The notes: generated from the sequence alone by a model not told the origin. A stretch of DNA of 64,000 bases from Rebecca billardiae RCC1528 (GCA_965240325.2 OZ251250.1:1-64000), one strand, 5' to 3'. Positions 11,501-26,500 are shown, numbered from the stretch's first letter. Translations and numbers: made by a program.

Positions 11501-14500
11501 CCGCGGCCTGTATGCGACTCTCGATGCAAATGCGCGCGCGCGTGCGCGTAAGGGTGTCGTCCAGCCTCTGCGGCACTCAGACTCTGGAAGGCTGCTGCGG
11601 TGCACACATGTGCCTTCCTCAGCCGCCTCACGCGCCAAGTGGCACGCATCACGGCGGCGAGAGCGTCCGCGACGTTGGCGATCGCAGGGCCGACCCCGAG
11701 CAGCTTCAGTGCCTCGTCCTCGGTACCGCCCGGAGCCCAAAGCTGCTGAAGCTCTGGGCCGACCACGATCTCACACTCACCTACCGTGCAGCAGGGGCCT
11801 GCTTCGCGAGCGCGGTCGTACGTGCATGGTCCCTTGCTCCACGGTGTGCTTCTCTCGCAAATCCGCTGCTGATCGCGCCTCTCAGCCATGCGCCCAGCGC
11901 CGCCGCGACAAGCTGCGCAGCGCCGCGGCTGTCGGCGCGCGCGAGGGCGGCCGCGACTAGGCACGCGACGGCAGGCGGTGCGCTGTGCGGCGCGGCGGCG
12001 GGCGGCGCGTTCGGCACTGCCGGCGCCACAGAGGCCGCGCGCTCGCAGCTGAGATTACGGTGCGCGTCTACCCATCACCCGCGTCGCCGACCGCTGGCGG
12101 CAGCGGTGGCCGCCGAGGGCCGCGCGCACTGGCGGCGTAGGTGTGCCGCGCGCCGCCGAGCGTGCACGCGGGCGCGCGTGTGTGCGTCACGTCGTCGGGA
12201 AAGGGCAACGCCACGGCGCCCCGCATCTGCCGCGGCCGGCATGGCGACACGAGATACGGCCGCTTCCCCCGAAGGTCAGCGGCGCTAACACCGAAGTCAG
12301 CAACGTGAGCAGCGCCAACCTCGACGCTGACAAGAGCTGGACTGCTTCGGCTTAGCTGTCAGACGCCACGTGGGTGGTCAGGCGCGTCCCCTGCCGACAC
12401 GTGCATACCGTATGTGCCAGTGGGAGTGATGCACGCGATGCCACGGCGTTTAGCGTCGATCGTGCGTTGCCAAACGCGCCTTGAGGTCGCTCCCCACGCG
12501 CGGACTCAGGGTGTTTGAACGTCTCGCTGGGCGTCAGCGACCAAGTTCGAGGGCCGGAGGAGGGGAGTCAACGAGGGCCAAGGGCGTTGTCGCCACAAGG
12601 CCTCCGCCAACTCGTGCAACCATTGGCTGAGCCAAAAGATGGCAGTCTGAAGTCCTATGTGAGCCAAAAGATAGCCCAATAAGTAAAAGTCCTGCCCAGG
12701 CCCTTCCGGACAGCCAAAAGAGTCCACCAGCATGCCCTAGTAGCCCAGATTCGGCAAATTGTCCATGCTGGTGGAGTTATTGTAAACTCGCGCGCCAGAA
12801 AAACGGAGAGGGGAGGAAAAAGGAGGGGGAGGAGGGAAGGAGGGAGAAGAGAGGGGGAAGAAGAGAGGGAGGAAAAGGAGGATCATCGTAGTCGGTGATA
12901 GTGGTCAGTCTGATACAGCTGGGCGCTCGGCCAGGGACATGTCTCGGCTACAGACGTGACATACGTCGACTGTAGGTAGTGGCTGAATCGGTCACGCCTG
13001 CTCGTCGTCGCGCGCTCGGCGCTTCGAAATCACTGTCGTCGTGCCGTGATTGTGACGACAGGCGACGACAGTGACCCTCCGCCGCAGGCAAAGCGCACGC
13101 CGTCAGACCTGGGCTCAGTGAGGCGGTAGCGGTGCGCACACGCCCTGCCGTCACAAACACAGGCCGAAGCATTCAATGGGTGTCTGGCTGTTTCACTCAT
13201 CGACCACTGCTGCCGAGCAAGAGGAGCGCTCGAGTGAGGCGCATCTCAGGCACGGTATCACGCCACGCAGTCAGCGGCCAGCGCGCAAGTGGGCGGCACT
13301 CCGCCCATCAGCAGCCTCCGCACACGTGCGAGCTGTGGTGGAGCTGTGCAGGTGGTCACGCGACAGACGAGAGGAGGCGGCGGAATGTGGGCGAACAGTC
13401 GCCTCAGCCGATGCGCACGAAAGCGTGTGTCGGTCAGCGGATGGCTACCTCGTACACACACGGCACAGTGCACGGCTGCCAACAGCACGTGGCACTGGGT
13501 GGGTCGCTCTCACAAAGGACTCAGCGCCGCGAGAGCGAGGAGCGCTGGCCTGACGACGGGGGGCGCGAGTGCAGGTGCGGTGGACCGGTGCCGCGGCCTG
13601 TATGCGACTCTCGATGCAAATGCGCGCGCGCGTGCGCGTAAGGGTGTCGTCCAGCCTCTGCGGCACTCAGACTCTGGAAGGCTGCTGCGGTGCACACATG
13701 TGCCTTCCTCAGCCGCCTCACGCGCCAAGTGGCACGCATCACGGCGGCGAGAGCGTCCGCGACGTTGGCGATCGCAGGGCCGACCCCGAGCAGCTTCAGT
13801 GCCTCGTCCTCGGTACCGCCCGGAGCCCAAAGCTGCTGAAGCTCTGGGCCGACCACGATCTCACACTCACCTACCGTGCAGCAGGGGCCTGCTTCGCGAG
13901 CGCGGTCGTACGTGCATGGTCCCTTGCTCCACGGTGTGCTTCTCTCGCAAATCCGCTGCTGATCGCGCCTCTCAGCCATGCGCCCAGCGCCGCCGCGACA
14001 AGCTGCGCAGCGCCGCGGCTGTCGGCGCGCGCGAGGGCGGCCGCGACTAGGCACGCGACGGCAGGCGGTGCGCTGTGCGGCGCGGCGGCGGGCGGCGCGT
14101 TCGGCACTGCCGGCGCCACAGAGGCCGCGCGCTCGCAGCTGAGATTACGGTGCGCGTCTACCCATCACCCGCGTCGCCGACCGCTGGCGGCAGCGGTGGC
14201 CGCCGAGGGCCGCGCGCACTGGCGGCGTAGGTGTGCCGCGCGCCGCCGAGCGTGCACGCGGGCGCGCGTGTGTGCGTCACGTCGTCGGGAAAGGGCAACG
14301 CCACGGCGCCCCGCATCTGCCGCGGCCGGCATGGCGACACGAGATACGGCCGCTTCCCCCGAAGGTCAGCGGCGCTAACACCGAAGTCAGCAACGTGAGC
14401 AGCGCCAACCTCGACGCTGACAAGAGCTGGACTGCTTCGGCTTAGCTGTCAGACGCCACGTGGGTGGTCAGGCGCGTCCCCTGCCGACACGTGCATACCG

Positions 14501-17500
14501 TATGTGCCAGTGGGAGTGATGCACGCGATGCCACGGCGTTTAGCGTCGATCGTGCGTTGCCAAACGCGCCTTGAGGTCGCTCCCCACGCGCGGACTCAGG
14601 GTGTTTGAACGTCTCGCTGGGCGTCAGCGACCAAGTTCGAGGGCCGGAGGAGGGGAGTCAACGAGGGCCAAGGGCGTTGTCGCCACAAGGCCTCCGCCAA
14701 CTCGTGCAACCATTGGCTGAGCCAAAAGATGGCAGTCTGAAGTCCTATGTGAGCCAAAAGATAGCCCAATAAGTAAAAGTCCTGCCCAGGCCCTTCCGGA
14801 CAGCCAAAAGAGTCCACCAGCATGCCCTAGTAGCCCAGATTCGGCAAATTGTCCATGCTGGTGGAGTTATTGTAAACTCGCGCGCCAGAAAAACGGAGAG
14901 GGGAGGAAAAAGGAGGGGGAGGAGGGAAGGAGGGAGAAGAGAGGGGGAAGAAGAGAGGGAGGAAAAGGAGGATCATCGTAGTCGGTGATAGTGGTCAGTC
15001 TGATACAGCTGGGCGCTCGGCCAGGGACATGTCTCGGCTACAGACGTGACATACGTCGACTGTAGGTAGTGGCTGAATCGGTCACGCCTGCTCGTCGTCG
15101 CGCGCTCGGCGCTTCGAAATCACTGTCGTCGTGCCGTGATTGTGACGACAGGCGACGACAGTGACCCTCCGCCGCAGGCAAAGCGCACGCCGTCAGACCT
15201 GGGCTCAGTGAGGCGGTAGCGGTGCGCACACGCCCTGCCGTCACAAACACAGGCCGAAGCATTCAATGGGTGTCTGGCTGTTTCACTCATCGACCACTGC
15301 TGCCGAGCAAGAGGAGCGCTCGAGTGAGGCGCATCTCAGGCACGGTATCACGCCACGCAGTCAGCGGCCAGCGCGCAAGTGGGCGGCACTCCGCCCATCA
15401 GCAGCCTCCGCACACGTGCGAGCTGTGGTGGAGCTGTGCAGGTGGTCACGCGACAGACGAGAGGAGGCGGCGGAATGTGGGCGAACAGTCGCCTCAGCCG
15501 ATGCGCACGAAAGCGTGTGTCGGTCAGCGGATGGCTACCTCGTACACACACGGCACAGTGCACGGCTGCCAACAGCACGTGGCACTGGGTGGGTCGCTCT
15601 CACAAAGGACTCAGCGCCGCGAGAGCGAGGAGCGCTGGCCTGACGACGGGGGGCGCGAGTGCAGGTGCGGTGGACCGGTGCCGCGGCCTGTATGCGACTC
15701 TCGATGCAAATGCGCGCGCGCGTGCGCGTAAGGGTGTCGTCCAGCCTCTGCGGCACTCAGACTCTGGAAGGCTGCTGCGGTGCACACATGTGCCTTCCTC
15801 AGCCGCCTCACGCGCCAAGTGGCACGCATCACGGCGGCGAGAGCGTCCGCGACGTTGGCGATCGCAGGGCCGACCCCGAGCAGCTTCAGTGCCTCGTCCT
15901 CGGTACCGCCCGGAGCCCAAAGCTGCTGAAGCTCTGGGCCGACCACGATCTCACACTCACCTACCGTGCAGCAGGGGCCTGCTTCGCGAGCGCGGTCGTA
16001 CGTGCATGGTCCCTTGCTCCACGGTGTGCTTCTCTCGCAAATCCGCTGCTGATCGCGCCTCTCAGCCATGCGCCCAGCGCCGCCGCGACAAGCTGCGCAG
16101 CGCCGCGGCTGTCGGCGCGCGCGAGGGCGGCCGCGACTAGGCACGCGACGGCAGGCGGTGCGCTGTGCGGCGCGGCGGCGGGCGGCGCGTTCGGCACTGC
16201 CGGCGCCACAGAGGCCGCGCGCTCGCAGCTGAGATTACGGTGCGCGTCTACCCATCACCCGCGTCGCCGACCGCTGGCGGCAGCGGTGGCCGCCGAGGGC
16301 CGCGCGCACTGGCGGCGTAGGTGTGCCGCGCGCCGCCGAGCGTGCACGCGGGCGCGCGTGTGTGCGTCACGTCGTCGGGAAAGGGCAACGCCACGGCGCC
16401 CCGCATCTGCCGCGGCCGGCATGGCGACACGAGATACGGCCGCTTCCCCCGAAGGTCAGCGGCGCTAACACCGAAGTCAGCAACGTGAGCAGCGCCAACC
16501 TCGACGCTGACAAGAGCTGGACTGCTTCGGCTTAGCTGTCAGACGCCACGTGGGTGGTCAGGCGCGTCCCCTGCCGACACGTGCATACCGTATGTGCCAG
16601 TGGGAGTGATGCACGCGATGCCACGGCGTTTAGCGTCGATCGTGCGTTGCCAAACGCGCCTTGAGGTCGCTCCCCACGCGCGGACTCAGGGTGTTTGAAC
16701 GTCTCGCTGGGCGTCAGCGACCAAGTTCGAGGGCCGGAGGAGGGGAGTCAACGAGGGCCAAGGGCGTTGTCGCCACAAGGCCTCCGCCAACTCGTGCAAC
16801 CATTGGCTGAGCCAAAAGATGGCAGTCTGAAGTCCTATGTGAGCCAAAAGATAGCCCAATAAGTAAAAGTCCTGCCCAGGCCCTTCCGGACAGCCAAAAG
16901 AGTCCACCAGCATGCCCTAGTAGCCCAGATTCGGCAAATTGTCCATGCTGGTGGAGTTATTGTAAACTCGCGCGCCAGAAAAACGGAGAGGGGAGGAAAA
17001 AGGAGGGGGAGGAGGGAAGGAGGGAGAAGAGAGGGGGAAGAAGAGAGGGAGGAAAAGGAGGATCATCGTAGTCGGTGATAGTGGTCAGTCTGATACAGCT
17101 GGGCGCTCGGCCAGGGACATGTCTCGGCTACAGACGTGACATACGTCGACTGTAGGTAGTGGCTGAATCGGTCACGCCTGCTCGTCGTCGCGCGCTCGGC
17201 GCTTCGAAATCACTGTCGTCGTGCCGTGATTGTGACGACAGGCGACGACAGTGACCCTCCGCCGCAGGCAAAGCGCACGCCGTCAGACCTGGGCTCAGTG
17301 AGGCGGTAGCGGTGCGCACACGCCCTGCCGTCACAAACACAGGCCGAAGCATTCAATGGGTGTCTGGCTGTTTCACTCATCGACCACTGCTGCCGAGCAA
17401 GAGGAGCGCTCGAGTGAGGCGCATCTCAGGCACGGTATCACGCCACGCAGTCAGCGGCCAGCGCGCAAGTGGGCGGCACTCCGCCCATCAGCAGCCTCCG

Positions 17501-20500
17501 CACACGTGCGAGCTGTGGTGGAGCTGTGCAGGTGGTCACGCGACAGACGAGAGGAGGCGGCGGAATGTGGGCGAACAGTCGCCTCAGCCGATGCGCACGA
17601 AAGCGTGTGTCGGTCAGCGGATGGCTACCTCGTACACACACGGCACAGTGCACGGCTGCCAACAGCACGTGGCACTGGGTGGGTCGCTCTCACAAAGGAC
17701 TCAGCGCCGCGAGAGCGAGGAGCGCTGGCCTGACGACGGGGGGCGCGAGTGCAGGTGCGGTGGACCGGTGCCGCGGCCTGTATGCGACTCTCGATGCAAA
17801 TGCGCGCGCGCGTGCGCGTAAGGGTGTCGTCCAGCCTCTGCGGCACTCAGACTCTGGAAGGCTGCTGCGGTGCACACATGTGCCTTCCTCAGCCGCCTCA
17901 CGCGCCAAGTGGCACGCATCACGGCGGCGAGAGCGTCCGCGACGTTGGCGATCGCAGGGCCGACCCCGAGCAGCTTCAGTGCCTCGTCCTCGGTACCGCC
18001 CGGAGCCCAAAGCTGCTGAAGCTCTGGGCCGACCACGATCTCACACTCACCTACCGTGCAGCAGGGGCCTGCTTCGCGAGCGCGGTCGTACGTGCATGGT
18101 CCCTTGCTCCACGGTGTGCTTCTCTCGCAAATCCGCTGCTGATCGCGCCTCTCAGCCATGCGCCCAGCGCCGCCGCGACAAGCTGCGCAGCGCCGCGGCT
18201 GTCGGCGCGCGCGAGGGCGGCCGCGACTAGGCACGCGACGGCAGGCGGTGCGCTGTGCGGCGCGGCGGCGGGCGGCGCGTTCGGCACTGCCGGCGCCACA
18301 GAGGCCGCGCGCTCGCAGCTGAGATTACGGTGCGCGTCTACCCATCACCCGCGTCGCCGACCGCTGGCGGCAGCGGTGGCCGCCGAGGGCCGCGCGCACT
18401 GGCGGCGTAGGTGTGCCGCGCGCCGCCGAGCGTGCACGCGGGCGCGCGTGTGTGCGTCACGTCGTCGGGAAAGGGCAACGCCACGGCGCCCCGCATCTGC
18501 CGCGGCCGGCATGGCGACACGAGATACGGCCGCTTCCCCCGAAGGTCAGCGGCGCTAACACCGAAGTCAGCAACGTGAGCAGCGCCAACCTCGACGCTGA
18601 CAAGAGCTGGACTGCTTCGGCTTAGCTGTCAGACGCCACGTGGGTGGTCAGGCGCGTCCCCTGCCGACACGTGCATACCGTATGTGCCAGTGGGAGTGAT
18701 GCACGCGATGCCACGGCGTTTAGCGTCGATCGTGCGTTGCCAAACGCGCCTTGAGGTCGCTCCCCACGCGCGGACTCAGGGTGTTTGAACGTCTCGCTGG
18801 GCGTCAGCGACCAAGTTCGAGGGCCGGAGGAGGGGAGTCAACGAGGGCCAAGGGCGTTGTCGCCACAAGGCCTCCGCCAACTCGTGCAACCATTGGCTGA
18901 GCCAAAAGATGGCAGTCTGAAGTCCTATGTGAGCCAAAAGATAGCCCAATAAGTAAAAGTCCTGCCCAGGCCCTTCCGGACAGCCAAAAGAGTCCACCAG
19001 CATGCCCTAGTAGCCCAGATTCGGCAAATTGTCCATGCTGGTGGAGTTATTGTAAACTCGCGCGCCAGAAAAACGGAGAGGGGAGGAAAAAGGAGGGGGA
19101 GGAGGGAAGGAGGGAGAAGAGAGGGGGAAGAAGAGAGGGAGGAAAAGGAGGATCATCGTAGTCGGTGATAGTGGTCAGTCTGATACAGCTGGGCGCTCGG
19201 CCAGGGACATGTCTCGGCTACAGACGTGACATACGTCGACTGTAGGTAGTGGCTGAATCGGTCACGCCTGCTCGTCGTCGCGCGCTCGGCGCTTCGAAAT
19301 CACTGTCGTCGTGCCGTGATTGTGACGACAGGCGACGACAGTGACCCTCCGCCGCAGGCAAAGCGCACGCCGTCAGACCTGGGCTCAGTGAGGCGGTAGC
19401 GGTGCGCACACGCCCTGCCGTCACAAACACAGGCCGAAGCATTCAATGGGTGTCTGGCTGTTTCACTCATCGACCACTGCTGCCGAGCAAGAGGAGCGCT
19501 CGAGTGAGGCGCATCTCAGGCACGGTATCACGCCACGCAGTCAGCGGCCAGCGCGCAAGTGGGCGGCACTCCGCCCATCAGCAGCCTCCGCACACGTGCG
19601 AGCTGTGGTGGAGCTGTGCAGGTGGTCACGCGACAGACGAGAGGAGGCGGCGGAATGTGGGCGAACAGTCGCCTCAGCCGATGCGCACGAAAGCGTGTGT
19701 CGGTCAGCGGATGGCTACCTCGTACACACACGGCACAGTGCACGGCTGCCAACAGCACGTGGCACTGGGTGGGTCGCTCTCACAAAGGACTCAGCGCCGC
19801 GAGAGCGAGGAGCGCTGGCCTGACGACGGGGGGCGCGAGTGCAGGTGCGGTGGACCGGTGCCGCGGCCTGTATGCGACTCTCGATGCAAATGCGCGCGCG
19901 CGTGCGCGTAAGGGTGTCGTCCAGCCTCTGCGGCACTCAGACTCTGGAAGGCTGCTGCGGTGCACACATGTGCCTTCCTCAGCCGCCTCACGCGCCAAGT
20001 GGCACGCATCACGGCGGCGAGAGCGTCCGCGACGTTGGCGATCGCAGGGCCGACCCCGAGCAGCTTCAGTGCCTCGTCCTCGGTACCGCCCGGAGCCCAA
20101 AGCTGCTGAAGCTCTGGGCCGACCACGATCTCACACTCACCTACCGTGCAGCAGGGGCCTGCTTCGCGAGCGCGGTCGTACGTGCATGGTCCCTTGCTCC
20201 ACGGTGTGCTTCTCTCGCAAATCCGCTGCTGATCGCGCCTCTCAGCCATGCGCCCAGCGCCGCCGCGACAAGCTGCGCAGCGCCGCGGCTGTCGGCGCGC
20301 GCGAGGGCGGCCGCGACTAGGCACGCGACGGCAGGCGGTGCGCTGTGCGGCGCGGCGGCGGGCGGCGCGTTCGGCACTGCCGGCGCCACAGAGGCCGCGC
20401 GCTCGCAGCTGAGATTACGGTGCGCGTCTACCCATCACCCGCGTCGCCGACCGCTGGCGGCAGCGGTGGCCGCCGAGGGCCGCGCGCACTGGCGGCGTAG

Positions 20501-23500
20501 GTGTGCCGCGCGCCGCCGAGCGTGCACGCGGGCGCGCGTGTGTGCGTCACGTCGTCGGGAAAGGGCAACGCCACGGCGCCCCGCATCTGCCGCGGCCGGC
20601 ATGGCGACACGAGATACGGCCGCTTCCCCCGAAGGTCAGCGGCGCTAACACCGAAGTCAGCAACGTGAGCAGCGCCAACCTCGACGCTGACAAGAGCTGG
20701 ACTGCTTCGGCTTAGCTGTCAGACGCCACGTGGGTGGTCAGGCGCGTCCCCTGCCGACACGTGCATACCGTATGTGCCAGTGGGAGTGATGCACGCGATG
20801 CCACGGCGTTTAGCGTCGATCGTGCGTTGCCAAACGCGCCTTGAGGTCGCTCCCCACGCGCGGACTCAGGGTGTTTGAACGTCTCGCTGGGCGTCAGCGA
20901 CCAAGTTCGAGGGCCGGAGGAGGGGAGTCAACGAGGGCCAAGGGCGTTGTCGCCACAAGGCCTCCGCCAACTCGTGCAACCATTGGCTGAGCCAAAAGAT
21001 GGCAGTCTGAAGTCCTATGTGAGCCAAAAGATAGCCCAATAAGTAAAAGTCCTGCCCAGGCCCTTCCGGACAGCCAAAAGAGTCCACCAGCATGCCCTAG
21101 TAGCCCAGATTCGGCAAATTGTCCATGCTGGTGGAGTTATTGTAAACTCGCGCGCCAGAAAAACGGAGAGGGGAGGAAAAAGGAGGGGGAGGAGGGAAGG
21201 AGGGAGAAGAGAGGGGGAAGAAGAGAGGGAGGAAAAGGAGGATCATCGTAGTCGGTGATAGTGGTCAGTCTGATACAGCTGGGCGCTCGGCCAGGGACAT
21301 GTCTCGGCTACAGACGTGACATACGTCGACTGTAGGTAGTGGCTGAATCGGTCACGCCTGCTCGTCGTCGCGCGCTCGGCGCTTCGAAATCACTGTCGTC
21401 GTGCCGTGATTGTGACGACAGGCGACGACAGTGACCCTCCGCCGCAGGCAAAGCGCACGCCGTCAGACCTGGGCTCAGTGAGGCGGTAGCGGTGCGCACA
21501 CGCCCTGCCGTCACAAACACAGGCCGAAGCATTCAATGGGTGTCTGGCTGTTTCACTCATCGACCACTGCTGCCGAGCAAGAGGAGCGCTCGAGTGAGGC
21601 GCATCTCAGGCACGGTATCACGCCACGCAGTCAGCGGCCAGCGCGCAAGTGGGCGGCACTCCGCCCATCAGCAGCCTCCGCACACGTGCGAGCTGTGGTG
21701 GAGCTGTGCAGGTGGTCACGCGACAGACGAGAGGAGGCGGCGGAATGTGGGCGAACAGTCGCCTCAGCCGATGCGCACGAAAGCGTGTGTCGGTCAGCGG
21801 ATGGCTACCTCGTACACACACGGCACAGTGCACGGCTGCCAACAGCACGTGGCACTGGGTGGGTCGCTCTCACAAAGGACTCAGCGCCGCGAGAGCGAGG
21901 AGCGCTGGCCTGACGACGGGGGGCGCGAGTGCAGGTGCGGTGGACCGGTGCCGCGGCCTGTATGCGACTCTCGATGCAAATGCGCGCGCGCGTGCGCGTA
22001 AGGGTGTCGTCCAGCCTCTGCGGCACTCAGACTCTGGAAGGCTGCTGCGGTGCACACATGTGCCTTCCTCAGCCGCCTCACGCGCCAAGTGGCACGCATC
22101 ACGGCGGCGAGAGCGTCCGCGACGTTGGCGATCGCAGGGCCGACCCCGAGCAGCTTCAGTGCCTCGTCCTCGGTACCGCCCGGAGCCCAAAGCTGCTGAA
22201 GCTCTGGGCCGACCACGATCTCACACTCACCTACCGTGCAGCAGGGGCCTGCTTCGCGAGCGCGGTCGTACGTGCATGGTCCCTTGCTCCACGGTGTGCT
22301 TCTCTCGCAAATCCGCTGCTGATCGCGCCTCTCAGCCATGCGCCCAGCGCCGCCGCGACAAGCTGCGCAGCGCCGCGGCTGTCGGCGCGCGCGAGGGCGG
22401 CCGCGACTAGGCACGCGACGGCAGGCGGTGCGCTGTGCGGCGCGGCGGCGGGCGGCGCGTTCGGCACTGCCGGCGCCACAGAGGCCGCGCGCTCGCAGCT
22501 GAGATTACGGTGCGCGTCTACCCATCACCCGCGTCGCCGACCGCTGGCGGCAGCGGTGGCCGCCGAGGGCCGCGCGCACTGGCGGCGTAGGTGTGCCGCG
22601 CGCCGCCGAGCGTGCACGCGGGCGCGCGTGTGTGCGTCACGTCGTCGGGAAAGGGCAACGCCACGGCGCCCCGCATCTGCCGCGGCCGGCATGGCGACAC
22701 GAGATACGGCCGCTTCCCCCGAAGGTCAGCGGCGCTAACACCGAAGTCAGCAACGTGAGCAGCGCCAACCTCGACGCTGACAAGAGCTGGACTGCTTCGG
22801 CTTAGCTGTCAGACGCCACGTGGGTGGTCAGGCGCGTCCCCTGCCGACACGTGCATACCGTATGTGCCAGTGGGAGTGATGCACGCGATGCCACGGCGTT
22901 TAGCGTCGATCGTGCGTTGCCAAACGCGCCTTGAGGTCGCTCCCCACGCGCGGACTCAGGGTGTTTGAACGTCTCGCTGGGCGTCAGCGACCAAGTTCGA
23001 GGGCCGGAGGAGGGGAGTCAACGAGGGCCAAGGGCGTTGTCGCCACAAGGCCTCCGCCAACTCGTGCAACCATTGGCTGAGCCAAAAGATGGCAGTCTGA
23101 AGTCCTATGTGAGCCAAAAGATAGCCCAATAAGTAAAAGTCCTGCCCAGGCCCTTCCGGACAGCCAAAAGAGTCCACCAGCATGCCCTAGTAGCCCAGAT
23201 TCGGCAAATTGTCCATGCTGGTGGAGTTATTGTAAACTCGCGCGCCAGAAAAACGGAGAGGGGAGGAAAAAGGAGGGGGAGGAGGGAAGGAGGGAGAAGA
23301 GAGGGGGAAGAAGAGAGGGAGGAAAAGGAGGATCATCGTAGTCGGTGATAGTGGTCAGTCTGATACAGCTGGGCGCTCGGCCAGGGACATGTCTCGGCTA
23401 CAGACGTGACATACGTCGACTGTAGGTAGTGGCTGAATCGGTCACGCCTGCTCGTCGTCGCGCGCTCGGCGCTTCGAAATCACTGTCGTCGTGCCGTGAT

Positions 23501-26500
23501 TGTGACGACAGGCGACGACAGTGACCCTCCGCCGCAGGCAAAGCGCACGCCGTCAGACCTGGGCTCAGTGAGGCGGTAGCGGTGCGCACACGCCCTGCCG
23601 TCACAAACACAGGCCGAAGCATTCAATGGGTGTCTGGCTGTTTCACTCATCGACCACTGCTGCCGAGCAAGAGGAGCGCTCGAGTGAGGCGCATCTCAGG
23701 CACGGTATCACGCCACGCAGTCAGCGGCCAGCGCGCAAGTGGGCGGCACTCCGCCCATCAGCAGCCTCCGCACACGTGCGAGCTGTGGTGGAGCTGTGCA
23801 GGTGGTCACGCGACAGACGAGAGGAGGCGGCGGAATGTGGGCGAACAGTCGCCTCAGCCGATGCGCACGAAAGCGTGTGTCGGTCAGCGGATGGCTACCT
23901 CGTACACACACGGCACAGTGCACGGCTGCCAACAGCACGTGGCACTGGGTGGGTCGCTCTCACAAAGGACTCAGCGCCGCGAGAGCGAGGAGCGCTGGCC
24001 TGACGACGGGGGGCGCGAGTGCAGGTGCGGTGGACCGGTGCCGCGGCCTGTATGCGACTCTCGATGCAAATGCGCGCGCGCGTGCGCGTAAGGGTGTCGT
24101 CCAGCCTCTGCGGCACTCAGACTCTGGAAGGCTGCTGCGGTGCACACATGTGCCTTCCTCAGCCGCCTCACGCGCCAAGTGGCACGCATCACGGCGGCGA
24201 GAGCGTCCGCGACGTTGGCGATCGCAGGGCCGACCCCGAGCAGCTTCAGTGCCTCGTCCTCGGTACCGCCCGGAGCCCAAAGCTGCTGAAGCTCTGGGCC
24301 GACCACGATCTCACACTCACCTACCGTGCAGCAGGGGCCTGCTTCGCGAGCGCGGTCGTACGTGCATGGTCCCTTGCTCCACGGTGTGCTTCTCTCGCAA
24401 ATCCGCTGCTGATCGCGCCTCTCAGCCATGCGCCCAGCGCCGCCGCGACAAGCTGCGCAGCGCCGCGGCTGTCGGCGCGCGCGAGGGCGGCCGCGACTAG
24501 GCACGCGACGGCAGGCGGTGCGCTGTGCGGCGCGGCGGCGGGCGGCGCGTTCGGCACTGCCGGCGCCACAGAGGCCGCGCGCTCGCAGCTGAGATTACGG
24601 TGCGCGTCTACCCATCACCCGCGTCGCCGACCGCTGGCGGCAGCGGTGGCCGCCGAGGGCCGCGCGCACTGGCGGCGTAGGTGTGCCGCGCGCCGCCGAG
24701 CGTGCACGCGGGCGCGCGTGTGTGCGTCACGTCGTCGGGAAAGGGCAACGCCACGGCGCCCCGCATCTGCCGCGGCCGGCATGGCGACACGAGATACGGC
24801 CGCTTCCCCCGAAGGTCAGCGGCGCTAACACCGAAGTCAGCAACGTGAGCAGCGCCAACCTCGACGCTGACAAGAGCTGGACTGCTTCGGCTTAGCTGTC
24901 AGACGCCACGTGGGTGGTCAGGCGCGTCCCCTGCCGACACGTGCATACCGTATGTGCCAGTGGGAGTGATGCACGCGATGCCACGGCGTTTAGCGTCGAT
25001 CGTGCGTTGCCAAACGCGCCTTGAGGTCGCTCCCCACGCGCGGACTCAGGGTGTTTGAACGTCTCGCTGGGCGTCAGCGACCAAGTTCGAGGGCCGGAGG
25101 AGGGGAGTCAACGAGGGCCAAGGGCGTTGTCGCCACAAGGCCTCCGCCAACTCGTGCAACCATTGGCTGAGCCAAAAGATGGCAGTCTGAAGTCCTATGT
25201 GAGCCAAAAGATAGCCCAATAAGTAAAAGTCCTGCCCAGGCCCTTCCGGACAGCCAAAAGAGTCCACCAGCATGCCCTAGTAGCCCAGATTCGGCAAATT
25301 GTCCATGCTGGTGGAGTTATTGTAAACTCGCGCGCCAGAAAAACGGAGAGGGGAGGAAAAAGGAGGGGGAGGAGGGAAGGAGGGAGAAGAGAGGGGGAAG
25401 AAGAGAGGGAGGAAAAGGAGGATCATCGTAGTCGGTGATAGTGGTCAGTCTGATACAGCTGGGCGCTCGGCCAGGGACATGTCTCGGCTACAGACGTGAC
25501 ATACGTCGACTGTAGGTAGTGGCTGAATCGGTCACGCCTGCTCGTCGTCGCGCGCTCGGCGCTTCGAAATCACTGTCGTCGTGCCGTGATTGTGACGACA
25601 GGCGACGACAGTGACCCTCCGCCGCAGGCAAAGCGCACGCCGTCAGACCTGGGCTCAGTGAGGCGGTAGCGGTGCGCACACGCCCTGCCGTCACAAACAC
25701 AGGCCGAAGCATTCAATGGGTGTCTGGCTGTTTCACTCATCGACCACTGCTGCCGAGCAAGAGGAGCGCTCGAGTGAGGCGCATCTCAGGCACGGTATCA
25801 CGCCACGCAGTCAGCGGCCAGCGCGCAAGTGGGCGGCACTCCGCCCATCAGCAGCCTCCGCACACGTGCGAGCTGTGGTGGAGCTGTGCAGGTGGTCACG
25901 CGACAGACGAGAGGAGGCGGCGGAATGTGGGCGAACAGTCGCCTCAGCCGATGCGCACGAAAGCGTGTGTCGGTCAGCGGATGGCTACCTCGTACACACA
26001 CGGCACAGTGCACGGCTGCCAACAGCACGTGGCACTGGGTGGGTCGCTCTCACAAAGGACTCAGCGCCGCGAGAGCGAGGAGCGCTGGCCTGACGACGGG
26101 GGGCGCGAGTGCAGGTGCGGTGGACCGGTGCCGCGGCCTGTATGCGACTCTCGATGCAAATGCGCGCGCGCGTGCGCGTAAGGGTGTCGTCCAGCCTCTG
26201 CGGCACTCAGACTCTGGAAGGCTGCTGCGGTGCACACATGTGCCTTCCTCAGCCGCCTCACGCGCCAAGTGGCACGCATCACGGCGGCGAGAGCGTCCGC
26301 GACGTTGGCGATCGCAGGGCCGACCCCGAGCAGCTTCAGTGCCTCGTCCTCGGTACCGCCCGGAGCCCAAAGCTGCTGAAGCTCTGGGCCGACCACGATC
26401 TCACACTCACCTACCGTGCAGCAGGGGCCTGCTTCGCGAGCGCGGTCGTACGTGCATGGTCCCTTGCTCCACGGTGTGCTTCTCTCGCAAATCCGCTGCT

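Noticed and set aside
12253-12360. 5S rRNA-like words (ATACGGCC...ACCGAAGTCAGCAACG) in the tandem unit, suggesting a 5S rDNA array
   Set aside because: The spacing is too short, there is no recognisable box C or 3' half and no oligo-T terminator. The TIR/TSD structure explains the unit better.
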